A stretch of DNA of 64,000 nucleotides, taken from Aplysia californica. Taxonomy: Eukaryota. Below are positions 1 to 12,393 of the stretch, piece by piece (the first letter of the stretch is position 1; the number at the start of each line of letters is the position of its first letter). The translations under genes were made by a program, and so were the position numbers. The DNA is taken from assembly GCF_000002075.1 (NCBI RefSeq), contig NW_004797275.1, forward strand, positions 1,418,259 to 1,482,258. Reading direction: 5' to 3'. The notes under the pieces were generated by a model. It saw nothing but the letters and a program-made list of their open reading frames with translations. It did not search any database and had not been told where the DNA came from.

Positions 1-777
1 CCCCCCGTTCCTGCCTGGAGAGTATGCCTCACTTAAAACTTTTCGTATCATTTTCCCTTCTACGTATTTTTACAGCAGAACCCATCCCTACTTTTTAGGT
101 ACTGGTTTTTCGGATAAATTTCTAAAATCTGGATTTCTGATATTGTCCAGATAGTTCCAATGGCACGCCCTCTTGTACGTTAATAAACTAAATATGAATC
201 TAGTTTTACATGTCATATTGCTCTTTTAAAAAAAGAAATCAGTCTTGATTCAAAATGCAATCAGCCGTAAAATTTTGATTTCTACGCGCAAATGTTTCAA
301 TGAGGTCCAAAAAGTTCTGGATCTTTTTTTTTTATTTTTAAAAAAATGTTTTTTCTTCTTTGTGTGTGTGTGTGGAAGGGGGGAGGGGGGGGGTTACCCT
401 GTTATGGCACCTTTTTAAAGGGTTTGGCAGGTCTGTGTGCAGTACCTCCTTTACTCTTCTGCTTACTAGACCAACACTTACTCATATTGATGGCATTGTT
501 GTTTTTGTTTTTTTAAGTATCTTTTTTTTTATTTATATATTATTGTTCATGTATTTTTTCTTCTGCCTTAGCTTTTAATGCTATCAGTGGTTATATTTTG
601 TAAACGCTTTCATCGCATTTCTACTATCTGTGGTGGTCATATCTGTCTCTATGATTTATAGGGGGAGGGCCTATTTTCATATCTTTGTATATTTATTTGT
701 TTGTATTCAAATACAATGTATGTTGATTTCTTCCATGTCTGTATTTACACGTATTGTACATGTGCGATTAAATGAAG

Positions 778-807
778 GTCGTAGCACACACGTGGCTGAC
801 GAGTCAG
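778..807 (+). CDS. Candidate 30-nt microexon (RSTHVADES)
   Basis: Consensus donor CAG|gtgagt; weak acceptor with TGC just upstream; phase 1-1. Confidence 0.4.
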
Positions 808-837
808 GTGAGTGTGGGTTTTGTTTTTAGGATGTTC

Positions 838-945
838 CGATTGGCCGATCTTCCTAGCTTCTGTTGTTTGATTGGCCGATCTTCCTTACGTCTGTTGTTT
901 GATTGGTCGATCTTCCTAGCTTCTGTTGTTTGATTGGTCGACGTT
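838..945. repeat. 31-bp tandem repeat, ~3.5 copies
   Basis: GATTGGCCGATCTTCCTAGCTTCTGTTGTTT units. Confidence 0.85.
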
Positions 946-1107
946 GTTGGCTTGCCAATGTCTTCTTTGGTGTCTACTGTTGCTGTGTATATGTGTGGGA
1001 TGAGAATGTTGTTTGGGGATGTGCGCTAGATTCGATTTCCTCCTATCGAGAATCGCGTTATGATGCCTTTCGACAGGGGAAGTCCCATTGAGATGGAGTA
1101 GAGATTT

Positions 1108-1493
1108 GGGGACCCCCCGGGGCAGTGCCACCGACTGAAGTGTCTTTAGGACATTCCCAAAAGGGGGACGTATCTCGTTCAAGCATAGTAGAATTGTAAA
1201 TGGGCTGACTCCTGTCACGCTCATAACTGTGCCTGATCTACAACGGGGAACTGCTGCTTTTCCTTTCCTGGTCCTTAGTATTGTCATTTTCCTCTACTTC
1301 TTTTGTATATTTGTCACTCCCTTGTGACCTGCTATTTTGGGGTGCCTTGATAGCCGAAGCAGACCTTGTGCTGTTGAAGCTAGAGAGGTGAGCAGTCTAA
1401 GTCTGATTTCCTGTAAAGACTTCTCTGTTAACACCCACCCCTTGGCGCTAATATGACCTCATGCAGTTACGAGCGCCGTAAAACCCTCTACTA
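1108..1493 (+). mobile_element. ~380-bp retroposon family B. Other copies 29800-30176-, 43826-44203-, 49988-50380-
   Basis: Four highly similar dispersed copies with the same type of 3' hairpin tail as family A; 13-bp TSD on the 29.8-kb copy. Confidence 0.85.
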
Positions 1494-2964
1494 TTAAATT
1501 ATTTAAAGAGATTTGGGGATGTCGTTTGTAGTCGAGTTCATCTTTGGACTGTTTGGCTTTATTGTCTTTCTACATCACAATACCAGCGTCTGTGGTGAAG
1601 CTTGTCTTTCTCTTTGGATGTAGTTTTGCCATACTGCCCAAATTGGCTCTGACACTCTGAGTCAAAGCAGGCTGTCTTTTTGTCTGTCCGTAATGTGTCG
1701 AATGGGGCGTAAAATATTCTGTATGGTTGCAGCCGCCATATATATATTATCTTTTAAAAATAAATGGGCATTGAGGAGCCTCCCAGGACGTTGAATCCGC
1801 ACTTTATAGGATTCTGATGCCATTACGCGACGACTAAGCAGGAGCAAAGTTGCTCTTAAACTTGGCCGGAAAATTCGATTATGTGCACGCTCTTTAACTC
1901 CGCTTGTCGGGTTCTTCACCTTCCTCGATGGTCCGACAGTTGACTCCGCCCCTCGTGTCTCCAAATTTGGTAAAAGTCAATGCAGAGATGCCCGTCGCTC
2001 ATGATAGAATATTCTGTGGTTGTTATTTATTTTTTTATTTTTTTTTATTTTTTTTGGGGGGTGGTGTCTTTTTTTTTTCTCCTTGTCTTGTTGGGGGGGG
2101 GGGGGGGTCGGTTTATGCGTGATGTGTGTCCAATAAGAATGATTGTGTCCTAATTTTCTTTTGTGTTAGAATGTGTCGTGTTGTATTCTGAAAGTATTGA
2201 TGTCTAAGTGCGTAGATCTAGAACTAACAATTTCTTATTTTGTATTGATTATTTATAATGTGATTTGGGGAAGAAAGGGTATGTGTGTGTGTGGGGGGGG
2301 GGGGTGATGGAGTCTTTATGGTCCTTGCCATATAAGAAAAAGATGAGAGTTCTGGCTTTGAGAGCGTTCCATTCGCTTTTTTTAAATACCATGCAAGGGT
2401 GTGATGTAGATGATCCTGCTTCGAGTCCCAAACGAGTTTTAAAAATAAACTACTGGATCATGTAGGGAGTCTTACGGCTCCATAGCAACTTGGTCGGTTC
2501 TTTCGGTCATGGGCATTATTAAGTTCATAGGTCTCGCGTTGTTAGAAACCTTTAAATTACAGTTTGTTTAATTAATAACTTCTCAGCGTTCAAGTGAGAT
2601 TACAACCAATCCATTACCACACTCTGCTAGTTCAGACGTCCGGTGGCAATATATTTTGTTTTGTGATAGAAATAACGGAAAGCGGAGACATTGTGGCGAA
2701 TGGCAGCTCGTTGGCTAAATTGGGCGCTCTGGTGTGCTCTGTTCCGTACATGGCTTGTGTCGTCCTCACATACGCCACTTCCTGACATTTCTCCGAAGGG
2801 TGAACGTGGTAGTTATTGTGTTGGGTATTTTTGGGGTCATTCACAGCAACATTAAATGACTGTTTGCAGACAGTATGGCTACAGTCCTAGAACTGGTGTG
2901 CGTGGCAAAATGAGGCTGTTAACTTCCAGCCCTGTTTCTGACTACTCTGACACCCCACACCCCT

Positions 2965-3165
2965 CTGTCTGCCCTCCGTTCGTCTGTCTGCCCTCCGTCC
3001 GTCCGTAGTTTGGTCGGTCTGTCCGTCGGTCTGTCCGTCGGTCTGTCAGTCGGTCTTTCTGTGTATCTGTCTGTCAGTCGGTCTTTCTGTCTGTCTCTTT
3101 GTCCGTCCGTCCGTCCGTCGTTTGGTCGGTCTGTCCATCGGTCTTTCTGTCTGTCTGTCTGTCTC
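2965..3165. repeat. (GTCY)n/(TCTG)n microsatellite
   Basis: Direct reading. Confidence 0.85.
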
Positions 3166-4270
3166 GTTTTCAGAATAAATTGTTAAAAAGGCCAGCCAAG
3201 AGAATTCTTGGGACAGTTGTGACCTATGTACAAAAACCTATGTTAGGAGATTAGGGCGAAGGACTGTTCATAGATCTTACCGGTAGCTTTCTTTTAAACT
3301 TTTAATTTATTTTTTATATATNNNNNNNNNNNNNNNNNNNNNNNNNNNNNNNNNNNNNNNNNNNNNNNNNNNNNNNNNNNNNNNNNNNNNNNNNNNNNNN
3401 NNNNNNNNNNNNNNNNNNNNNNNNNNNNNNNNNNNNNNNNNNNNNNNNNNNNNNNNNNNNNNNNNNNNNNNNNNNNNNNNNNNNNNNNNNNNNNNNNNNN
3501 NNNNNNNNNNNNNNNNNNNNNNNNNNNNNNNNNNNNNNNNNNNNNNNNNNNNNNNNNNNNNNNNNNNNNNNNNNNNNNNNNNNNNNNNNNNNNNNNNNNN
3601 NNNNNNNNNNNNNNNNNNNNNNNNNNNNNNNNNNNNNNNNNNNNNNNNNNNNNNNNNNNNNNNNNNNNNNNNNNNNNNNNNNNNNNNNNNNNNNNNNNNN
3701 NNNNNNNNNNNNNNNNNNNNNNNNNNNNNNNNNNNNNNNNNNNNNNNNNNNNNNNNNNNNNNNNNNNNNNNNNNNNNNNNNNNNNNNNNNNNNNNNNNNN
3801 NNNNNNNNNNNNNNNNNNNNNNNNNNNNNNNNNNNNNNNNNNNNNNNNNNNNNNNNNNNNNNNNNNNNNNNNNNNNNNNNNNNNNNNNNNNNNNNNNNNN
3901 NNNNNNNNNNNNNNNNNNNNNNNNNNNNNNNNNNNNNNNNNNNNNNNNNNNNNNNNNNNNNNNNNNNNNNNNNNNNNNNNNNNNNNNNNNNNNNNNNNNN
4001 NNNNNNNNNNNNNNNNNNNNNNNNNNNNNNNNNNNNNNNNNNNNNNNNNNNNNNNNNNNNNNNNNNNNNNNNNNNNNNNNNNNNNNNNNNNNNNNNNNNN
4101 NNNNNNNNNNNNNNNNNNNNNNNNNNNNNNNNNNNNNNNNNNNNNNNGGTTGGTTTGTTGTTACCACCTGTACTCAGATCAACGTGGCTGATTGGCGAGT
4201 GCTCTGTTATGGGTTGCTCCTTCCTTCCTATCAAACATCTGTCGTCGGTCGTTAAAGCTCTCCTTCTTTT

Positions 4271-4449
4271 GTGGGTGGTTGGCGGGTGCTCTGGTGTGAT
4301 TTGCTTCTTCTTTCCTATCAAACGTCTGTCGTCCTAATCTCCCCTCCTTCTTTTTTGTGTATGTTGCTCTCTTGTAACACGTAATCTATTCTTGGGCACT
4401 TATATGACCTTATTGTATTGCAAGTGCCGTAAAACTCTTACTAAAACTT
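4271..4449 (+). mobile_element. ~180-bp retroposon family A. Other copies ~4945-5118+, 22323-22410+, 22885-23045+, 29763-30302-, 33770-33862-, 42262-42432+, 44204-44368-, 44766-44935-, 45649-45822+, 50988-51255-, 51638-51815-, 59222-59402-
   Basis: Recurrent GTGGGTGGTTGGCGGGTGCTCTGG head, pyrimidine-rich body, and 3' hairpin plus GTAAAACTCTTACTAAAA tail. Confidence 0.85.
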
Positions 4450-5548
4450 AAAAAATTTCCTTCTTTTCACGTGTATGTTACTGTGTAGTAACTTAACACC
4501 TTCGTTATCTTTGACGCCTATATGACCTGTGCGTGTTGCGGTGCCGTAAAATTTTTTTTACTAAAACTAAGCACACATGAAGTGACTTTGATTCACGTAT
4601 GGAGAAGTGTATTGCATAAATATAATAATGATGATAATAAATCGCATTTATGCTGCGCAGTTTTATTTTCTAAAGAATGATCAATGCACATTACATTCAT
4701 AAAGATATCAGATATCTTGCTTTGAAATTACTGGACATTCCGGTGTGTACGTAAAACGTAATAATTCGTGTGTGTACGTGTGTCTGTGTCTGTGTCTGTG
4801 TCTGTGTATGCGTGTGAGTGTGTTTATATATAAACATTCCATGAGAAAATTAGTCACGCTGTGAGCCTGGCAATGCGGCGCTCTAAATGGTATCTGAGCA
4901 TCCCCTTCTGTCTTCTGGGCTGCTGTACCCCACTCACTCGTTAGTGTGTGGTTGGCGGGTGCTCTGAAGTGGTTTGCTCCTTCTTTCCTATTAAACAAAT
5001 ATCGTCTTTATCTCTCCTCTTTCTTTTTTATGTTTGTTACTCTCTTGTAACATCTCTAATCTTCGGCACTTATGTGACCTTATTGTGTTGCAAGTGCGAT
5101 AAAACTCTTACAAAAACTTTTTTAAAACTCACTCATGATCGTGTGTTGGCCCTGGCAAAGCGAAGTCTTTACATGTTCTAAATGTGTGTCGGTGAGTGCC
5201 TGTAAACCATGTACAATCAATGAACCAATCCGATCCTCTCAGAGTTTTGCCCAAGACCTGTGGGTAAGACAATGTTCTGTGGGATCTGGTTATGAACAAG
5301 TTGTGGAGGTCGTGGTTCGATTCTCATTTTTGTTCTGAGTTCCTCCGCCATTTAAAAAAAAAAAAATTTCTTGGTCGGAATTTCGTCCTGTTGGTGTTTT
5401 TGTCAACCCTTTCATTGCCTCCCTTGAGACTGTCGGGTCTGATGAAACAGTGTTAAAAATGTAACCTTATACATCTGTACAATGTACTTATACGTACTCA
5501 GCTCAGGGATGATCCAACAAGAGAAATACTATCGTTACCATATATATA

Positions 5549-6078
5549 TGTCACGTGGTGGTGGAATCAAGCGCCTTTCAAAATGACGTCATCGGAGAAA
5601 CTGGTGTCTTTCAGCCCTTTACGCAGTTTTGATCAAAAGATTTTATTTTTAGGAGGATGGAGGTTGTCGTTGTTGGTTGTTGTTTTTTTTTGTTTTTTTT
5701 TTTTTTGGGGGGGGGTTATCAACACCTTTTATTATGTCTATTTAAAAACATTTTTGTGTAAATTTTTACTGAAAATGTTCGTCAAAGGCTCAAAAATTGT
5801 AAATTTAAAGTTTCCATGGTCACTCAAGGTTTAGAACTCACCAGACTTGAGTTCCATTTCCTCGCTCATTCTACCTCAGACTCAAGGTGACCCATACCTG
5901 CTTCTATTGCGAACGTCGCGACCTCTATTCAAGATAGATGGGGTGATTTTTTTTTAAAAAGCATTTATCAAAAGCAAGACAAATGAATAAACTTTAAGAT
6001 CATACCAATAACTCCATATATTATATTTTATTATGCCCAAAAATTGACGAGGACTCCTGATTTCACCGCGTTGTGACA
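5549..6078. mobile_element. MITE family F, ~430-530 bp with TGT...ACA termini. Other copies ~18357-19538, 23528-23955, 23968-24334, 37337-37670, 46767-47141, 54633-54870, 56756-57243
   Basis: Terminal inverted repeats TGT(C/G)A.G...GTGGTG(G/A)AATCAGG, shared internal sequence, AT-rich flanks. Confidence 0.8.
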
Positions 6079-6993
6079 CACATTACTTTCACGAGGTACT
6101 CACAAGGTACTCACAGGATTGTCTTTTTTCATATCCCAGTGTGAAGTTTCGTGGATGGACTATTAATGACATTTTGATAAGCTCATACTCCCGCCCCACT
6201 CCTTTGCGGCAAAGCTGTGTTCAGAGTAGCAGTGAAGGGGTTGACGTCATAGTTCAAGGTTGTTTGACCTTTCTGTGTGGTCTTTGGTCTTATTTTTATG
6301 TTGAGGCTATTTTTTTTTCCTCTCAAGTTGTGTGTTCTTTGAATCTTTGAAGAATATTTAGCTGCGTCATTATAACATGATGAATGTTGGCATTGGGGTA
6401 TCTACTGATTGCGCATGTGAGGAGCCAAAAACAGAAGCATTGTTAAGGAGTTGCAGAATTTTTTTATTTATTTTGTTTGTATGCCGTGGGGGGATTTTGT
6501 ATTTATATTGGAGAGGGAGGGTTAGATTTTATTAAAGATATTTTTGTGGTTCTTGTTGCTTTTTGGAATATGTCAGGTGAGAAAGCTGAGTACTGACTGA
6601 CCTGTCATAATATTCTTTGATTAATGTAATCAAAGGGAGGATCTTAAAAAGCATCAGGTAACGTTCAGCGCACCACGGTAGGTTATTCCTATGCAGGGCT
6701 TGAAGTGTGACCAAGGAAGTTTACCTCCAAATGAAAAAAAAAAGTCCTTTAGTTCTAGCAATAGGACACAGAAGAAGGGGAAGAAGAAGACAGCGAGGCA
6801 GTAAGAGGAAGACGACGGGGGCAAGAAGGAAAAAAAGAAAGAAGGAAAATGAGGAAGGGGTTGGGAAGAAGAAAAAGTAGTTTTCGATCACACTACTTAC
6901 GTCTATGAATTCTGTGGAGAAGTCGTTGTAAAGTTTATCATAAATTTGTTCCCTCTTATTATCGTCTCCTAATCGTTTTTTCCCCTCGTCAAG

Positions 6994-7044
6994 TCATAGA
7001 AGAGAGTGGAGAGGAAGAAGGAGACGAGGACGACCTATGTTCCA
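6994..7044 (+). CDS. Candidate 51-nt acidic cassette exon of the + gene (IEESGEEEGDEDDLCS)
   Basis: Branch-like cctaat, pyrimidine tract, aag| acceptor, |gtaaga donor; phase 1-1, open frame. Confidence 0.5.
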
Positions 7045-9704
7045 GTAAGACCATTAGAAAAGAGACCCGCACATGCTTTTTGGTTTTAGTCCCTTTGCTG
7101 AGAGAGTAGTTGATTTTTTAAATTTTTTTTTTTTGTATCCCGAAAACCAGGGTAGCTCTGCCACGGTCAGACAGCTTTGGGGTAGCATAGTTGAATGGAT
7201 TTTGCACAAGTTGTGTCTTATTCTTCGGTTTCGTTTTTAGTGTGAAGACTTCTCTGTGTTGTCTTTCTGAACTCCTTCTCTCAATTGCCAGTTGCACCAT
7301 ATTATTGCGGCGTTTAGACTTCGTGTTTTTTAATAGTTTAGTTCTCGTTGTTTGTTGTATTGCTTTTTTCTATTTTCTATTTCTAAAGTACATCTTTTTT
7401 TTTCTTTGTGAAAAGATTTTTAACAACAGGTCAGAAAAATAAACCAACAATGTTTGTCTCTTTCTTGATTGAAGTGCATTAGCAAAAAATCTAGAGTTGA
7501 TTTTGCTTCTCTCTTTTTTCTACTATAAGGTTTTACATTCGAATATTCTTCTTCCTTTGAACCCCCCCCCCCTTTTTTCCCCCCCTGGAACAAGTGTGTG
7601 TCGTATTTGAAATATTATGTTATATTTTGAACCATTGTCTTGCGGAAGTTGTTTCCTTCTTCTTTTGATTATACATGTAGTTTGATGGTGGAAGTTGTTT
7701 TTTTCCTTCCTCTTTTAATTATAATTTGACATGTAGGTATCTAGTTTTATGTCTCCGGCAACCCTGTATTTGTGGAGACATTTTTTGTACCTGGGGGTTT
7801 TCTGCAATCTCTGATTTTCCCCTCTATTTGCTTAGCTTTTTAAAATGTATTAAATTGTTTTATAGTTTTTCCGATCATATTCCTAGAATGCCTTGTTGTA
7901 TATTATTTCAGGGGAATTTTAAAAAAAAACGTCCTAATCAACCTAAGCGCAAAGATTTAGATGTCGTCTTCCACAGTGAAACAAACGTTTTCTTTCTTTC
8001 TTTCAATTCATAAAATTTGAATAGGGGAAGGAGGAGGAGGGCAAACAGTCTTTGTTCCTTTTCTGTCCATACACATGTTTATTTCTTCCTGAAAATGTTA
8101 CCAAACTAATTTGCGCTTTTGGGGACCCCTTTTCATATCTCAATTGTGAGAATGAACCACTTTGAAGCTTATACAATTTTTGCTAGTATGTTGTAGTGGA
8201 AGAAGATTATTTCCCTTCAAAAGCTGTTAAATGATTCAGCCATCAATGTCTGATTTTCAGGCTCCTGGCTCTTATATCTTATTGTAGTGCGTACCTTTAG
8301 CTGTAGATAATTATTGTGAAAACCCAATCGTGTAGAAAGTATCCCTCGTTTAGTTTCTGACTTGTTTTACCCAGCTCTGTTTGACTGTTGTTGTGTCGGT
8401 ACCTACGCTTCTCTGAAACTCCAGAGCACGAGTAGTCCCCCTTTGTGGCGCGCGGAAGGCTCTGGGAAGTCTCGGTTGGCCCTGGTCTGCTGGATCGGGG
8501 TACCGTACGTCGTAAATGATTTTTTTAATGTGACGATGGAGACGTGAAACGTTTATAACCGTTTAGATCGTTCCAGGTTTTTATTTTATTCTTTTACTCA
8601 CGTCTAGGAACATTCGTATATTTTCAAAAGTGTAAAAATATGAAAATTGGAATTAAAATAAAAATTAACATATGAAACTGAGGAGCCCACAAGAATGATA
8701 CATACAATGCCAGGTACCACACTCAAAGTTCACAAAGTACATCTATCATATATTTTTTTTAATAATTTTTTTTAAAATTCACTTCCTTTTTTGTTCTTTT
8801 ACTCACACCAAGGAACACCCACGTATATTTTCAAAAGTGGAAAAATATGAAAATTAAAATTAAAATGTGATATTGAAGGGATCACGATCACAAGAATGAT
8901 ACAATTATACGATCTTTAAAACGAGCAGCGCAATCTTAACCGATCGGTAAATTGCACAGAACATGATTTCTGCCGCGGAAGAATGGCCTATTATTGTTAT
9001 GCAGTAGATACAGTCACGCCGGTTATTTTGTTTTTTTATCTGTCTGTCTTAANNNNNNNNNNNNNNNNNNNNNNNNNNNNNNNNNNNNNNNNNNNNNNNN
9101 NNNNNNNNNNNNNNNNNNNNNNNNNNNNNNNNNNNNNNNNNNNNNNNNNNNNNNNNNNNNNNNNNNNNNNNNNNNNNNNNNNNNNNNNNNNNNNNNNNAA
9201 GGGATTACAAACTTCATTATTTTCGTGAAAATCTTGCGGTCTTGGGAATTTCCGTGAAGATTTATGACATAAATATCACAACTATAATTATCATGCTTTT
9301 AAAATTTTACTAATATTGTTGTAAATTTCTTCCAAATGTTGCCGTTTTCGTAAACTGCTACCCAGCTTAAATATTGTCTTGATCAGTTTCGATTTGGGTC
9401 AGTTTTTACGGTGCTGGCAACTGCATAAAGGCGTACATGTATTACATTGGCGCGGGGGACTTGATGATACTAGTCTGATCTGTCATAGTGACGTGGGGTA
9501 AGGACTTTGGTCTTTCTCGTTTAATTACCAAGCCGCACGTATAATAATTTAATATGATTCCCTTTACCTATCATTTAGATTTCTGTTTTTGCTTTAGTAT
9601 TCCGTATTTTTGGTTATTGTACATGTATATATTACAATAACGTATTGTTGTTGTTATTGTTGTGGATGTTGTTGTCGGTTGTTGTTGTTGTTGTTGTTGG
9701 TTGG

Positions 9705-9738
<34 letters not shown>

Positions 9739-10398
9739 NNNNNNNNNNNNNNNNNNNNNNNNNNNNNNNNNNNNNNNNNNNNNNNNNNNNNNNNNNNNNN
9801 NNNNNNNNNNNNNNNNNNNNNNNNNNNNNNNNNNNNNNTCTTTTCTGTGTATGTGTGTGTCAAAGCATGGGAGCCATTTAGCTGCATGCCTTGCTGAAGT
9901 ACCTCAATAAAAGTATATCGTTGTTTTCTGTGATTAAAACAGTCTCTGCCATGCTTACGTGAGGGATTGGTCTAATATTCGTCTTGTTACATTGTTTATA
10001 ATACGGTATAGTTGTTTTGGTAGGTTCGGTGGCTTTTTGTGGGGAGGGGGATGGGGTTAGTTTTGTTTTTCCCGGAATGTCTGGTTTTGTTTAAACTTTT
10101 ACGTTGTCTTCCGTCAATTGTTTGCATTTTCATTAGTTACCTTTGATGCCTGATTGTGATGTGTTTTGTTAAGTATATCTGTTGTTTTTTTTGTGTTTTG
10201 TTTTGTTTTTTGTTTTTGTTAACTATTGTTTTTTTATGGTGAGTGAAGGAAGTGTGTGTGTGTATGTTTATATTTGGGTTTGTTGTTTGTTGATTTGCGT
10301 ATGTTGTATTTTGAGGGATGGGGTGTCGGTTTGTTTGTTCGTTATTTTCTTTCTGTTTTGTTTTTATTCTTTTTACTTTTTTTTATTATGACTGCTAG

Positions 10399-10419
10399 GT
10401 GTTCTGGCTGTGCGCCCTG
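10399..10419 (+). CDS. Candidate 21-nt microexon (VLAVRP)
   Basis: Long T tract, atgactgctag|GT...CCT G|gtgaga; phase 1-1; TGC next to the 3' splice site. Confidence 0.45.
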
Positions 10420-11096
10420 GTGAGAACACAAATTGTTTCCTTTTCCTTATTTTTGTGTGAATTGTTTCCCTTGTGTTGTTTGTCACCTTCTTCGCCCCTC
10501 CTCCCGTTTCCCCACCCCCTCCCTTCTCCTTCTCTCTTGGGAACTTCACAGACACCCTTCCAACCTGCCCCGCCCACTCGCTTTGTCCTACCATACGATT
10601 GGCCAGGATATGTTTCTTGGTGGTCTTCATAAATCTTATCTCCCCAAATCTCCGCCCCGTTAGTTCATGTTGTTTCTGGCTGGCCAGAACGACGACCTGT
10701 AGGTCCCATTTACCCAGAATCTAATCTCCCACACCCACTCGACCCACACAGTCTGATAGTCAATGTTGGCGAAAACATTATATCGGAATCCTGCCCAATC
10801 CACCACTTGCTTCAATCTGTCATCATACGATTGGCTGATTTGTGTTTCTCTTTCTCCGCCCTTTTGCTTTACTCTCTCGTATGAATGGCCTAAACTGTTA
10901 ATAATGTCACTTGTAAGCACTCACCGCCCCCCCCCCTCCTNNNNNNNNNNNNNNNNNNNNNNNNNNNNNNNNNNNNNNNNNNNNNNNNNNNNNNNNNNNN
11001 NNNNNNNNNNNNNNNNNNNNNNNNNNNNNNNNNNNNNNNNCCCTCCCCCCAAAAAAAGAAAGAAAAAACGTTTAATATGTCCAAAAAATTAAAGAT

Positions 11097-12393
11097 TACC
11101 AAAACTTTTTTTTTACCAGACCACGAAGGAATAAAGTTAGAAAGCTGAAATTTGTTACTGATCTTTATCTTTCTCTATGTTGTCGCCTCCGACAGTTTTT
11201 CATTTTTGTCATCCGTGTATGACCTTGAAACGACCTTGAAGAAAACTAGCCCTCTACCGCTTTTCTGACCTCGTCATCACTTTCAAAATGCCTTCCTTTT
11301 TAAATTCTTTTTCACTTTGAGGAATTAAACAAAAGTCGGACGGGGCTAAATCTGGAGAACAGGGGGGATGTGGCGAAATTTTATAGCCACTTTCTCACAC
11401 AATTTCCTCAGCTTTTCTTGAAGTGTGTTCTGGGGCGTTGTCGTAAAGTAGCGAAACGCCGTTTCGGATCTTTTCTCTGCGTTATTTTTCATAGCCTCTC
11501 GTAATTTTTTTTAGCTAGTTAGAATAATTTTCTCCGGTGATCGTATGTCCATTTTCAAGATAGTCTGTCATAATCACTCTTTCTTGGTCCCAAATAAACT
11601 GATAGCATCACTTTTCCACTTGATGGCTGCACCTTTGTCTTCTTTGATGTTGGAGACAAGGGCGATTTCCACTGCATTGATGAAGATTTTGACTCAGGAT
11701 CGTAATGGTGGACCCATGTGTCATCCGTGGTTACAAGTCTTTCAAAAAAATTTAGTTTCTTCCTTTTCATATAGACCAAGCAATTTTTGACAACAATCCA
11801 CACGTCGCTCTTTTGAGGAGGAGTCAACAAACGTGGGACCCATCTCGCAGAAACCTTGGTCATATTCAAATGTTCTTTTAAGATTCGTTCAACGGATCCA
11901 ATGTTAAACCTAGTTTCTATGCTCAAACATTTGACTGTCGCCTGTGTATCAGACAACACAAGTTTCTTGAATTTTCAACACAATTTCTTCTGTTGTTGCT
12001 GTCACTGGGCGACCATCACAGTTGTCATCTTCAACGTCCATGAATCCACATTTGAATTTTTTACTCTAAAATTTATCACAGCATAGGATGGGCGATCGGT
12101 TCCGTATACGGCATGCATCTCCATAAAAGTATCCTCTTGTAGTTGCTTGCTTTGCAAGAACAAAAACCTCATAACTGCCCTGTGCTCAATTTTCTCTATT
12201 TTTATGTTGAAACTGGAGAACAACATACCCCCATTCACTTACAGTGCCCAGGTGTTAAAAGCAGTAATTGGAAATTCCCCCAAATGCATGCATTCTAGGA
12301 AGATGGTTGTTGGCTTTCACCCCAGATTTCAGCTTTCTACCTTTATTCCTTCATGGTCAGGTAAAAAAAAAAAAACTTTTGGTATACCCCTCG
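11097..12393 (-). mobile_element. Decayed mariner (Tc1/mariner superfamily) DNA transposon
   Basis: Frameshifted transposase: EKIEHRAVMRFL, KVSARWVPRLLT, LVTTDDTWVHHYDPE, SSGKVM, YDNA, PDLAPSDF. ~65-bp imperfect TIRs (11097-11155 and 12323-12393); the right end reads TA-CGAGGGG on the - strand. Confidence 0.92.

Noticed and set aside
3307-4321. Long ORFs in the track here and at ~12147-13387, 22639-23028, 46136-46696, 52182-52702 and 62624-62868
   Set aside because: Their length comes from runs of N (assembly gaps)
1810-6258. Further possible + strand exons (1810-1969, 2670-2731, 5161-5191, 6140-6258)
   Set aside because: Asymmetric phases or weak splice sites; not distinguishable from chance without RNA data, although 5161-5191 plus 6140-6258 would together preserve frame
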